From: Octopus sinensis | Lineage: Eukaryota | Reading direction: 5' to 3' | Assembly: GCF_006345805.1 (NCBI RefSeq) | Contig: NC_042997.1 | Coordinates: 210,552,001-210,616,000 of the forward strand | DNA: 64,000 bases | Shown here: one piece after another, positions 49,998 through 61,076 of the stretch | How positions within the stretch are numbered: the first letter of the stretch is position 1 | Layout of the letters: each line of letters starts with the position of its first letter | Program-made: the position numbers and the translations under genes | The notes under the pieces: model-generated | What the model saw: only the letters and a program-made list of their open reading frames with translations | What the model was told of the DNA's origin: nothing | Databases searched by the model: none

Positions 49998-51950
49998 ATG
50001 AAACAAGGCATTGTCCAAAGAATAGTTACGTTGTAAGAGATGGACCTTTTTTGTAGTGAAGGAGAGGTGATCGCCTGGATCCGTAAAATCAAGGTGGTGG
50101 CCAGGCTGCAAGGCATTGGCGGTGTAGCAGTCTCATGGTTCTGTGTCGAGAGGGAAACCCGTTGGTGCTGTACCTCAAGATAGATGAAACGGACGAACTA
50201 GATGTGACAAAGATTGAGCAGTACCTACAGGAAGCCTTCATGGAAGGATTGTATGTCGTGTTTGCCAAGCTTGGAATGGTCAGGCGGACAGCAGAACAGG
50301 TAGATGTGTATGCAGTGGAGGTTTGGAGACTGGTGATGCTATGTGGGGTTATCAGAGGGGAGCTAGAAAAGGCAGCACAGTTGGCCTTTGTAAATGGTTT
50401 CCCTGATGACATATTGGTGTGACTGCAACAAGAAGCAGGCAGCAAAAAATGGTGATGAGTGAGGTCATCACTAAAGCCCCCACGTGTCGATACCAAACAC
50501 TGGGTGGAATGCAGTGGTGATGGTTGCTGCGGAAACCCGTGGTGTTATGTGATGATCAGTAAAGAATGATGAGAGAAAAAACTGCCATGGGGTGACAGTG
50601 ACTGTTTATGGGCCGGTGTTTCAAGTGCCAGGGACAGCACATGGCAAGGGACTGTGCGGAGATGAAGCCTGGACCCATTTGTTACCGGTGCAGGCAGACA
50701 GGTCATATCGCTTGAAACTGCAGCCAGGGAAAAGGCTACGGGGAAGTTGCTGCCTCTCAAACTTCCCCTGCAAGCAAGTAGGGGCTCTTATGCAGTCGCT
50801 GCCCATAGTTGAAGTCCTCGTTGGAGGAAAGGTGTTCAGATCCCTCGTGGATACAGGTTGTACAATGTCTATCATGACCCCAGGGGTGACAAAAAATGGA
50901 AGGGGATGAGTAGTGTTGGGGCGGTCAATGGCAGTGAAGTGGAGACAGCGGTGCGGGGCAGAACACTGAGGCTGTGGGTGATTGTGGTTGACCACGTGGT
51001 AGATGGAATTGATGTGGTGATGGGCATGGATGGAATCAACAGCCTTGTTGGTGTCAGTGTCATGGGAGACATGGTTTCATTTGGTGGTGGTGCTGGGGCA
51101 TCATACAGTGTGGGCCTGCAACAAGAGAGTGGGGAGAACCCTGTGGAGGGTGGTACTGCTTACATGATTGAAGATGAAGATTTTCAGGCAGCGTTTGACG
51201 GTCAGCGGTGGATGGTAGAGTAGTGTTGGAAAGGGGAGCCTCCGGTACTCAGGAACAGACTGAGCTGTTATCAGCATACCTTGAAAGGAGATGCCAGGGG
51301 TGAGTTTGAAGGAGGCTTTCCATGCTGGCCTGGGTTGGACGGTTTGACTGAGGTCTGGAAAGCCAGTGGCTGCACCAGGTTCCAATCTCATCTGGCAATG
51401 TTTTTACAGCTGGATGCCCTTCCTAATGGCAACCACTCTGAGAGTGTAGTGGGTGAGTCAATGAAGGGCAAGGTCAGGCTGGTACTGAACTTTCGAGAGA
51501 TCAATGGCCATGTATTGTGTCACACGGGTGGTGAGGAGACTGACATCTGTGGAGAGACTTTATGTGAGAAACTGATAGTATTAGATGGTGCAATATAAGG
51601 GCGAGACATACTGTTTGGTTAGGCTGGGTTTCAGGCTGAAGTCTGTACCAAAGTTCATGGCCACCGCGCTCACATTTATCCTGGGACGAAGTCAAAAAAG
51701 GCCACCGATTCTTATATAGACAACATCTTGGTAGACAAGACTGTAGTGTTTGCCACAGGGGTCATAAGTCACCTAAAAGAGTTCAGGCTAATTGTGAAAC
51801 CACCGGAGTTAATGGTTGGGGCTCAAGCTTCAAAAAGAAAAAAACAGGTGTGTTGGTGTTCCGGAAAGGGAATGAGATCCTGGAACTAGGTACCAGAATG
51901 AACGGATGATAACTATTTGCGGTGTATGGGAGACAAGTGAGTCACTATCC
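49998..51950 (+). mobile_element. Decayed Ty3/Gypsy LTR retrotransposon (gag, protease, start of RT)
   Basis: Gag EGEVIAWIRKIKVVARLQG...LAFVNGFPDDI; two CCHC knuckles CFKCQGQHMARDC and CYRCRQTGHIA*NC (50612-50730); protease LVDTGC (50850); KVRLVLNFREINGHV..HTG. An RTE tail is inserted at about 51315-51460. LTRs not identified. Confidence 0.85.
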
Positions 51951-52093
51951 AATTGTTATGTTCCAATAAATAATTTCATTTATGTTTTGTTTCAATATAT
52001 TACAGGTTGCTGGAAAAACAGAGTTTCTATATTTAGAAGCACACTTCGCCTTTCGATATGAATATAGTATGTTAATATGCTTATATATATATA

Positions 52094-52140
<47 letters not shown>

Positions 52141-52186
52141 GAAAGAATGGAGTCGAACGACGATTTAACAAAATTCCTTTATTCTC

Positions 52187-52259
52187 GACACATGTTTCGA
52201 AGACTGCATATTCTCAATTCCGAAGGAATAAAGGGTGCATTATGCCGTCTTCTCATCAG
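52187..52259 (-). ncRNA. Type I hammerhead-like motif
   Basis: Minus strand CTGATGA-[GAAGAC.GCATA...TATGC.GTCTTC]-GAAAC-ATGT-GTC; stem I is not canonical. Confidence 0.45.
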
Positions 52260-52335
52260 TGCTTTCTGACGTAAATTTGCTACCCGGGTATCGGTTAACC
52301 GAATTATCCATAGTAGGATAATTTATTCAACTACT

Positions 52336-52381
<46 letters not shown>

Positions 52382-53073
52382 CATACATACATACATACAT
52401 ACACACGCGCGCGCACGCGTATGTATGTATGTATGTATATCTGTCAGTTATTCATAAGTCCGGAAAAAAGCACACTGTGTATTATGTAATTGCGTCTCAC
52501 TCGCTTTCCCCTTATCTCTCTCTCTCTCTCTCGCTCGCTCTCTCTGACATTACACAATACTTTCACCTTTTTTTTTTGCCGACGCTATTCTACACGTAAA
52601 CCCCAAGCTGTTATTGTTTTAACCCCGACCGCCACCCAGGACACTCCCGATCAAGCAGATCTATTGTTAAACACACCAAACTGCGAATAACACCCGTCAC
52701 CCAGTTATAGCCATTTTATTTCGTCTTCGTCGTCAACTGTTAAAGTCGTGTGCCTCGACAAGACATCGATTAGTAAGATCGAAAGTGGAAAGATGCAATC
52801 AATCAGGTAACAACCCAAAAGATGTAAAGTCAGAACCGAGATTTCAACACGAATTTCTTCATCCACCTCCTGCCAAGAATAGAACACACGAAAATTTCTG
52901 TCCACTGTAACTAGATAATCGGGGTATCTATCGGTAATCAGGGTATCATTTCGAACGGAATGGCATTAATTGTTATTTGGCAAATGCGAAAATCACAACA
53001 AACTCCATTTTTAAAGGGAAAACACAACAGCAACTGTAATAAGTAGTTAAAAAGCGAGGCGCAAAATCGTAAG

Positions 53074-53145
53074 GGTTCTATGGTGTAATGGTTAGCACTC
53101 TGGACTCTGAATCCAGCGATCCGAGTTCGAGTCTCGGTAGAACCT
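53074..53145 (+). tRNA. trnQ-CTG: tRNA-Gln (anticodon CTG)
   Basis: Full cloverleaf: GGTTCTA/TAGAACC acceptor, CTGGA-CT-CTG-AA-TCCAG anticodon arm, CCGAG-TTCGAGT-CTCGG T arm; intact A and B boxes. Confidence 0.97.
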
Positions 53146-53152
53146 GATACGC

Positions 53153-53161
53153 TTTTTTTTT
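53153..53161 (+). terminator. Pol III terminator (T9)
   Basis: Run of 9 T, 7 nt after the tRNA. Confidence 0.85.
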
Positions 53162-53877
53162 CTCAAAATGATTATATACGATAGAAATTATAGTGTGATA
53201 AATATATTTATATTAAATATTAATTAAATTGAAGTTAACTTCGATATATATATAATTTTAATAATTTTGATATATATTTAAATAATATAAATTAATTAAT
53301 CTTATGTATTGGCTTAAGTTTTTCATTGTATGATTTGCCTAATAGTGGTTTTATCTCTAATTTAATATAATATATATATAATATAATATATATATATAAT
53401 TTTATAGACGACACAATAAATATTAATAAACTGAATCGGTAAGAAGCTTGAATTTGTTTTGAGAAATATTGTGAGAAGCGTACCTGTCTCAAAGACATTG
53501 ATAAACTCAGTTGACCAACATCATGAGTTTTGGAGGGTTTCCTTGCGGGTCTGCAAAGGTCACAAGTTTACCCCATCCGGCCCTTGACCACCCACCACAA
53601 CGCAAAATCCAATGAATATTTTAATAATTGGAATGGCTTTAAATCAATATAAATCTCTGAAAGGATATATATATATATATAAGGGCTGAGCTTGAGAGAG
53701 AGCTTGACCACAAGGTCCATTCGGTGGTCATCTTCCGATTTTAGCTGCAGATTTTCTTCGGGTCAACAAGGGTCGATGATTCCTTATTTTTCATTAACAC
53801 GGCGAAACGAATCACAAATCACATGTAAAACTGAAAACGGAAATGGCGAAAAGCATTACATACACACATACATACAT

Positions 53878-53893
53878 ATTACTACTACTACTG

Positions 53894-53943
<50 letters not shown>

Positions 53944-53962
53944 GCTACTGCAGCTGCTGCTG
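53878..53962. repeat. (ACT)n grading into (GCT)n trinucleotide repeat
   Basis: Directly visible. Confidence 0.9.
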
Positions 53963-54054
53963 CGTTTCCTTGACCGCTTATAGGAAATGACAAGGCGTTC
54001 CAGGTGTGGCCATCCATTCAATATAGCATTTAATACATATATACTTTAATATGT

Positions 54055-54095
54055 TAAAATTGTTTAATAAAATATAATGCTATTTTATGTAGATT

Positions 54096-54127
<32 letters not shown>

Positions 54128-54190
54128 CTATATATATATACATATAAATATATATATATATATACACATACATATATATATCTACATTAT

Positions 54191-54234
<44 letters not shown>

Positions 54235-54245
54235 CATATATCTAC

Positions 54246-54291
<46 letters not shown>

Positions 54292-54314
54292 CACATACAT
54301 ATATATATCTACAT

Positions 54315-54367
<53 letters not shown>

Positions 54368-54378
54368 TATATATCTAC

Positions 54379-54428
<50 letters not shown>

Positions 54429-54443
54429 CATATATATATCTAC

Positions 54444-54493
<50 letters not shown>

Positions 54494-54522
54494 CATATAT
54501 ATATCTACATTATATATATATA

Positions 54523-54580
<58 letters not shown>

Positions 54581-54623
54581 CATATATATATCTACATTAT
54601 ATATATATATATATATATATATA

Positions 54624-54660
<37 letters not shown>

Positions 54661-54665
54661 GTATA
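54055..54665. repeat. (TA)n-based higher-order minisatellite
   Basis: TCTACATT landmark at 54181, 54241, 54308, 54374, 54439, 54504 and 54591. Confidence 0.9.
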
Positions 54666-55174
54666 TATACTGAGGTATGTGGACACAGTGTTGTGACGTC
54701 CTTCTGTTCTGGCGGTCACTTCAAGCACTCGCAAACTTTCAGATATCTTTTCCGATGCTATTCGCACACGCAAACGCCATATATGACGTTTCGCTGTTGA
54801 TTCCATTTCTGTTTTACATTTTACTTTTAAAGCAACCGGAAATTTAGCTTCTGACGTCAAGCGTGAAATTATTCCGCTGTTGTTCCATAATTTTTCCACT
54901 TTCCAAAGACTGGCGACGAAAAAAAGGAGGAGGAAAAATATGGAACACAGGAAGGACAAATCTTCGTAAATATGGAACGCAAGATGTACTAAATCTTCCT
55001 AAAAGTGAAGACGTTTTGCTAGAAAACAAGAAACAGAAAGTGTAAAATAGAGAGCAAGTTGCTTCTTGAGACGAAGTTTTGGACCGAAGTCTCTTTCATC
55101 ATTTTTCGTTTGACCACTTTTCTTAGAATTATGTTTCTTCTCTCACAGTTAATAAACAAGTGTTACCCTTTATA

Positions 55175-55252
<78 letters not shown>

Positions 55253-55468
55253 GGGAGTATAACTCCAAACTTACAGGGAAAAATTCAATTTAGAATTAAA
55301 TCAAATTTCACAGTATAAATATAAAATATGAATTAGAGATAAAATCACTATTATGCAACTCAAACAGTGATGGACATAAACTGATACATAAATAACAAAT
55401 AATATATATAATTAATATAATATATAATGTTTTTTTTTTCAAAAAGTATAAAATGAATGATAAATATT

Positions 55469-55900
55469 ATCATCATCATCATCATCATTTAGTGTCCGTT
55501 TTCCATGCTAGCATGGGTTGGACGGTTCAACTGGGGTCTGGGAAGCCAGAAGGCTGCACCAGGCCCAGTCTGATCTGGCAATGTTTCTACAGCTGGATGC
55601 CCTTCCTAACGCCAACCACTCCGTAAGTGTAGTGGGTGCTTTTTACATGCCATCAGCACAGGTGCCCGATGGGGCTGGCAAACGGCCACGGACAGATGGT
55701 GGTTTTTATGTGTCACCGGCACGGGGCCAGGCAAGGCTGGCAACGGCCATAATCGGATGGTGCATTTTATGTGCCACCGGCACGGAGGCCAGTCGGGGCG
55801 GCGCTGGCAACAGCCATGATCGGATGGTTCGCTTACATTCCACCGGTACTAGTATCACAGCTGCAATTTCCATAGATGTTGATCGACTTCGATTTTGGTT
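55469..55900 (-). mobile_element. RTE 3' UTR fragment
   Basis: (CAT)n, terminal module and array units. Confidence 0.8.
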
Positions 55901-56042
55901 CTGATATTATATTAATTATATATATTATTTGTTATTTATGTATTGGTGGTTTATGTCTATCACTGTTTGAGTTGCATAATAGTGGTTTTATCTCTAATTC
56001 ATATTTTATATTTATATATATATATACACACACATACACACC

Positions 56043-56284
56043 ATTGCAGTGTGGAAGGTGTTTATAAGCCATTTAAAAACACACAAAATCCATTACATTC
56101 ACTTCAGCATTTAAATTTAATCAAGTCTGATGCTGCTCAGATGCAATACGGAATTTTGTCAGTGAACAAGTCGCCGTCTCAAAGCGATGAAAATATTTTG
56201 GCAAATTAAATTTAAATGTTGAAGTGAATCTAATGGATTTTTGTATGTTTTTAAATGGCTTATAAACACCTTCCACGCTGCAAT
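56043..56284. repeat. Inverted repeat (about 79-bp arms)
   Basis: 56043-56121 vs 56205-56284. Confidence 0.9.
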
Positions 56285-56343
56285 TGTTTTTGTTTCAGCA
56301 CATGATCTCAGATCAGATCACTTGCTATGCAAGTACATCTCCG

Positions 56344-56383
<40 letters not shown>

Positions 56384-56453
56384 AATTTCTTTTTCATAAT
56401 GAGATAAAAAAACCCCAAGGCTGTGTAGATTTTAGAGCATTTATAGATAGAAG

Positions 56454-56505
56454 GTCTTACAGCTGTTTCCAGGATATTTATTAATTATATCCCTTCATCG
56501 GAGAC
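56454..56505 (-). ncRNA. Hammerhead-like motif with CCGAUGA core
   Basis: gtct-CCGATGA-agGGATAT...ATATCCtg-GAAAC-AGCT-GTA-agac: stems I, II and III can all be drawn. Confidence 0.5.
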
Positions 56506-57089
56506 GGTGTGAGAGGATGGTTAAGTAATAGTTAATTTAGATAAGATACAAAATAGATGCGAGATGTGTAGTGATATTGTATTTGTAGATCCATTTTTTT
56601 AGGGTCTGACACCATTTCCTCTCATAACCTCTCTCTCTCTCTCTCTATATATATATATTTTCTTTTATTTGTTTCAGTCATCTGATTGCGGCCATGCTGG
56701 AGCACCACCTTTAGTCGAGTAAATCAACCCCAAGGAAGCTCATCATCATCATTGCCCATTATCATTGACCCATCATCAAATTCTACTGCTACTACCCTTT
56801 ACCACAACTAAACAATAACAACAAGATCAGCGTCGGAAGTCACTCTTCAAAGCTAGAACAACAGATGACCCATTAAACAACACAGTCCCTAGCTCTTCTC
56901 CACACTCGGGCCATTCAGATTTCTCTCTCTCTCTCAGTAGAACACAAGAGATCCATCATCACCATTGTCCTCTTATTCTACTGCCACTACCATTTCCACC
57001 ACTGCTACTTCAATTAGAGAAGACTCACACCTTCCCCCCTCCACTGTTCACTTCAATCTATATGTATCCCTGACAGTTCCATGATAAAT

Positions 57090-58380
57090 CTGCCAACTGT
57101 AAATAAAATAAAATTATGAACACACGAAGCTCAAAAATATGTCTTTCTTCTCAATGGAGACACAAAGAGAAATAGTGCTTTCCATCCAAGAAGACTTGGC
57201 AATAAATGTCCTCCTCTCCCACTCCCACACAGCGCGTGATACACTAGAAATGCATGTGATTGACCCCAATTTGATCATAGGCATTACCTGTTGTCTTCTT
57301 GATGCAGTTAAACAGGGAGGTCACTTCAAAGATGCTTTGTCACTCATAGGTCAAACCACAAGTAAGGCCAGCCCACAGACCAATTTACTTTCAGCAGAGG
57401 ATTTTAATTTTCCTCATCTTAGATGGCCTGAGGGTTATATCCAACCTGGACATGAGATATTATAAATGCTCTTCTCAGTACTATTAAAAGACTTTCTCAT
57501 GCAACAAATCTTTACCGTCCATCTAGGGCAACACACACAAATAACATCAAACATGACTCCTCATCAATTTGAATTTCAGGAAGGCCAAGTGGATAGAAAC
57601 TGAAATCTTCAAAACAAACAGGTCTGAGCATATTGGCAACCTCAATGCTAACGAAAGAATGAAGTCTCTGTTCGAAGAGTTAACCTGGAGCTGTTGAAAG
57701 CATGGCTCATGTAAACTTGCCTATTCCTGCAAGCACTTGATTCTGCGAGATAGACGGATACAGAACCAAACCAACAAAACAACTAAAAAACAAAAGAAAA
57801 CAAAGGAAAAAAAATTCTCCACAGATGAGAATGAGAAATAAAAAAAGTGAACATTGAACTGGACCTAAAACTATCTCACGAGAAAGAAACTTCACTGAGG
57901 GAACAATGAGCAGTGTAAAATATAAAATCTATTTCTAAGTTCTTTTTCCACTTTCCTAAACAAAGATCAGCCATGCATAACCAGATTGGCTCTCTAATAA
58001 TTCATCCCAAACATGCACATTCTTGAGTCAACATTATGGCTGTGCATTTTCCCAACCTACAGTTAACAAAATAATAACATGAGTCAAATGAATTCTTTGC
58101 AGAGACACATCTAAAAATTAATGATACACTGGAAGATGATACACTTACAGCTAATGACCTAGATTCGAACCCAGCATCTGGACCAGATGGTCTCCTAGTC
58201 ATACTGCTGAAAACCTGTCAAAACAGCCTTGTGAAACCATTAAAGATACCATTTCAAAAGTCACTAGATACCGGCAGATTCACAGAACTACTGAAAGACA
58301 CATCTATACACAAAGGAGGGTAGCAGGGCTGAAGCTAAAAATTACAGGCCTAACACTTTCACATCTCAAGATATGGCTAT
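57090..58380 (+). pseudogene. Heavily decayed CR1/L2-group ORF2 (endonuclease to pre-RT)
   Basis: LLSAEDFNFPHLRWP (GDFN-like); ASGPDGL..LLKTC...LVKPLKI.FQKSLDTG...KNYRP. Confidence 0.65.
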
Positions 58381-58554
58381 CAAACTATATTTTTAAAAGA
58401 AGAAAAATAAAAAAGGGTCTGCAAAGTGTTCTTGGTCCGAAATTTTATTGAGTGTTTTTTTTTCTTTGAAAATATTTACTCTAAGTTAGATAAAGAGCTT
58501 TGCATTGTTACTGTTAATTCCCGGAGTCATTAACCCGAGCAGTATCTTTTATCT

Positions 58555-58835
58555 TTCTTTATCTTTTACTTGTTTCAGTCATTTGACTGTGGCCATGCTG
58601 GAGCACCGCCTTTAGTCGAGCAAATCGACCCCGAGACTTATTCTTTGTAAGCCCAGTACTTATTCTATCGGTCTCTTTTGCCGAACCGCGAAGTGACGGG
58701 GACGTAAACACACCAGCATCGGTTGTCAAGCAATGCTAAGGGGACAAACACAGACACACACACATATATATATATATACACATATATACGACAGGCTTCT
58801 TTCAGTTTCTGTCTACCAAATTCACTCACAAGGCA
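58555..58835 (-). mobile_element. CORE-type SINE, 5'-truncated
   Basis: Family match. Confidence 0.85.
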
Positions 58836-58842
58836 TTAAATG

Positions 58843-58995
58843 TATTTCTTTATTGCCCACAAGGAGCTAAACACAGAGAGTACAAACAAGGACAGACAAA
58901 CGGATTAAGTCGATTACATCGACCCCAGTGCGCAACTGGTACTTATTTAATCGACCCCGAAAGGATGAAAGGCAAAGTCGACCTCGGTGGAATTA
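58843..58995 (-). mobile_element. Meta-like SINE, 3' part
   Basis: Family match. Confidence 0.8.
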
Positions 58996-59163
58996 GTATA
59001 TAAATAAAGTATATATGCACGAGAGTATATAAATAAAGCTAGTATGTAAATAAAGGATTATTAAAAAAGGTCCAGTCCCCTACATAAAGGGGCCGCAGTC
59101 AACTGCTGTAATCAGCCGTGGTGCGTGTCGAGTTATCCGCCCCTGATTCCGTTCACTGTAAAC

Positions 59164-59283
59164 ATGGCATTGAAGTTGCCCCACAACCTGAGAAGTGGAA
59201 AATTAATTTTAGATGTTTCTAATTTTAATCACCTGAAAAGCAACCACGACACGATCGTCCTTTCACATTTCTTCAACTTTTCT
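59164..59283 (+). CDS. Candidate first coding exon of an unidentified host gene
   Basis: AAACATGGC start context, 40 open codons, then CT|GTAAGT donor (phase 0); non-repeat CpG-containing upstream sequence. No homology recognised. Confidence 0.25.
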
Positions 59284-60093
59284 GTAAGTAGACGAGAATG
59301 TTTCCTTTTATTCTGACAGAATCCCACTAGATTCACCACGTGGGGCTCTTTACAAACTCATGTTTACCCTTTCAGAAGAAACAGATTTATGATATAATAA
59401 CGATTATAATTAATTAATGAACTTGTTGCTCAGGTGCACCCTAACTGTTCAGGTGCACAACAAAGTGCTCAGGTAGATTAATCTTCATCGAAAAGACTAT
59501 TCATCATAGAAATCTCACCAATGGCCATCCTGTCTTGTGGTCGTTGTTGGTAGATATTTAGAATTACATTATCTAAAGTGTATCGTCTTCATTATTTTTT
59601 TTTTAGAGAGATTTCGTTGCTATTTCTATCGGTTCGAGCGATCCTGAAGAATCTCTCTTTGTTGCTTAATGTAAACTAGAAAATCTCCGGTAAAAAATTA
59701 TCCGACACTTCCTTGCTGTGGGAAAACGGTTTTACTTAAACACACATCAAGGCACGAAGCGGTGTTTCAATGAGAATTTACAAGAAAAGGGCCCAGGATT
59801 TGTGTTGAGCGGAGTTCGGGGAAGGATTTACAAAAAAAGTACAAAAATAAAGGCAATCTTTCCCCTGAAAAAAGAAAATCCATTCACAGAAGAAAGCCAC
59901 CCTATTTCTTTCTTATCCTCTCCATTCTGCCACGGATGGATTATTCCGAAAGTCCGCCGATCGTTAAAACAATATTCAAACAAATAATATTCGATATTTA
60001 TTTCGTTATTTACATAAAACAACAAAGAAACAATTATCTTATCAAAATGCGGCGAAGGTAAAGAATGCATACACCCGGTGGTTAGGGTTAAGG

Positions 60094-60437
60094 GGTACCA
60101 CTAGCGAACAGTGGTCCCGGTGCGCGCACTCGCGGTAGCTAATCGTAAGTAGTCGATCCTACAACGACTTGCGCGTATGTTTGTATTTCAAGGCTGAATA
60201 CAGATCAAAGAAAATTAAATAATATTTTTCGAACAAAGTAAATAAAACGCAAAGTAAATGATTTTTTAAGGAAATAAATTATTTTGGCGATGTTTCGCTT
60301 GTCGTAACACAAGTTTCCTTTATAAACAAACTAAGGTTAGGGTTAGAGTTAGGGTCAAGTTTAGGGTTAAAAAGTCGACTACTTACGACTAGCTAGCGCG
60401 AGTGCGCGCACCGGGACCACTGTTCGCTAGTAGTACC
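60094..60437. mobile_element. MITE (same family as 20938) with 9-bp TSD in a telomere-like tract
   Basis: TIRs GGTAC(C/T)ACTAGCGAACAGTGGTCCCGGTGCGCGCACTCGCG; flanks GGGTTAAGG / TGGTTAAGG; internal TTAGGG-like repeats at 60332-60370. Confidence 0.85.
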
Positions 60438-61036
60438 TGGTTAAGGTTTAGGGTTAGGGTTTTTATTAGGCCGAAAACCGGTGGTGTACATACTCTTTAC
60501 CTCCGTCTCAAAATACATTCTGTTTGTTAGAATTTGCAATAATTCAGTAAAAAAGAATATATTTTACAAAACAAACATCAATGCAGCACCAAGTGCTTCA
60601 ACTGGCCGCACACCACAAGGTTGAACGGAACCTACTGAAGCAATTAAAACACGTCCGCGGCTTTACGACGGGCGATGGGGGTGGCTAAGGCGTTGCAAAA
60701 GCCAAACAGCCTCAATTAGCGACAAAGATTTACATCTGATGATCTGTTGACAATTCTAAGACGATGTTTAATAAACATTAAAACTTTGATAATGCTGAAG
60801 GATGAAAGCCATCGTCGTCGTTGTCATCATCATTATCATCGTTAAGCGTTTGTAGACGTAACTGTGTGATAAGAATCCACATGGTTCTGGGTTCAGCCCC
60901 ATTGCTTAGCATCTTGGCCAAGTGTCTTCGACTTTAGCTTCATGCCGACCAAAGCCTTGTGAGTGGATTTGGTAGATGGAAACTGATGGAGCCCTTCGTC
61001 CTTGCCAGCATGGAGAACAAACGTTAAATGATGATG

Positions 61037-61074
<38 letters not shown>

Positions 61075-61076
61075 TA

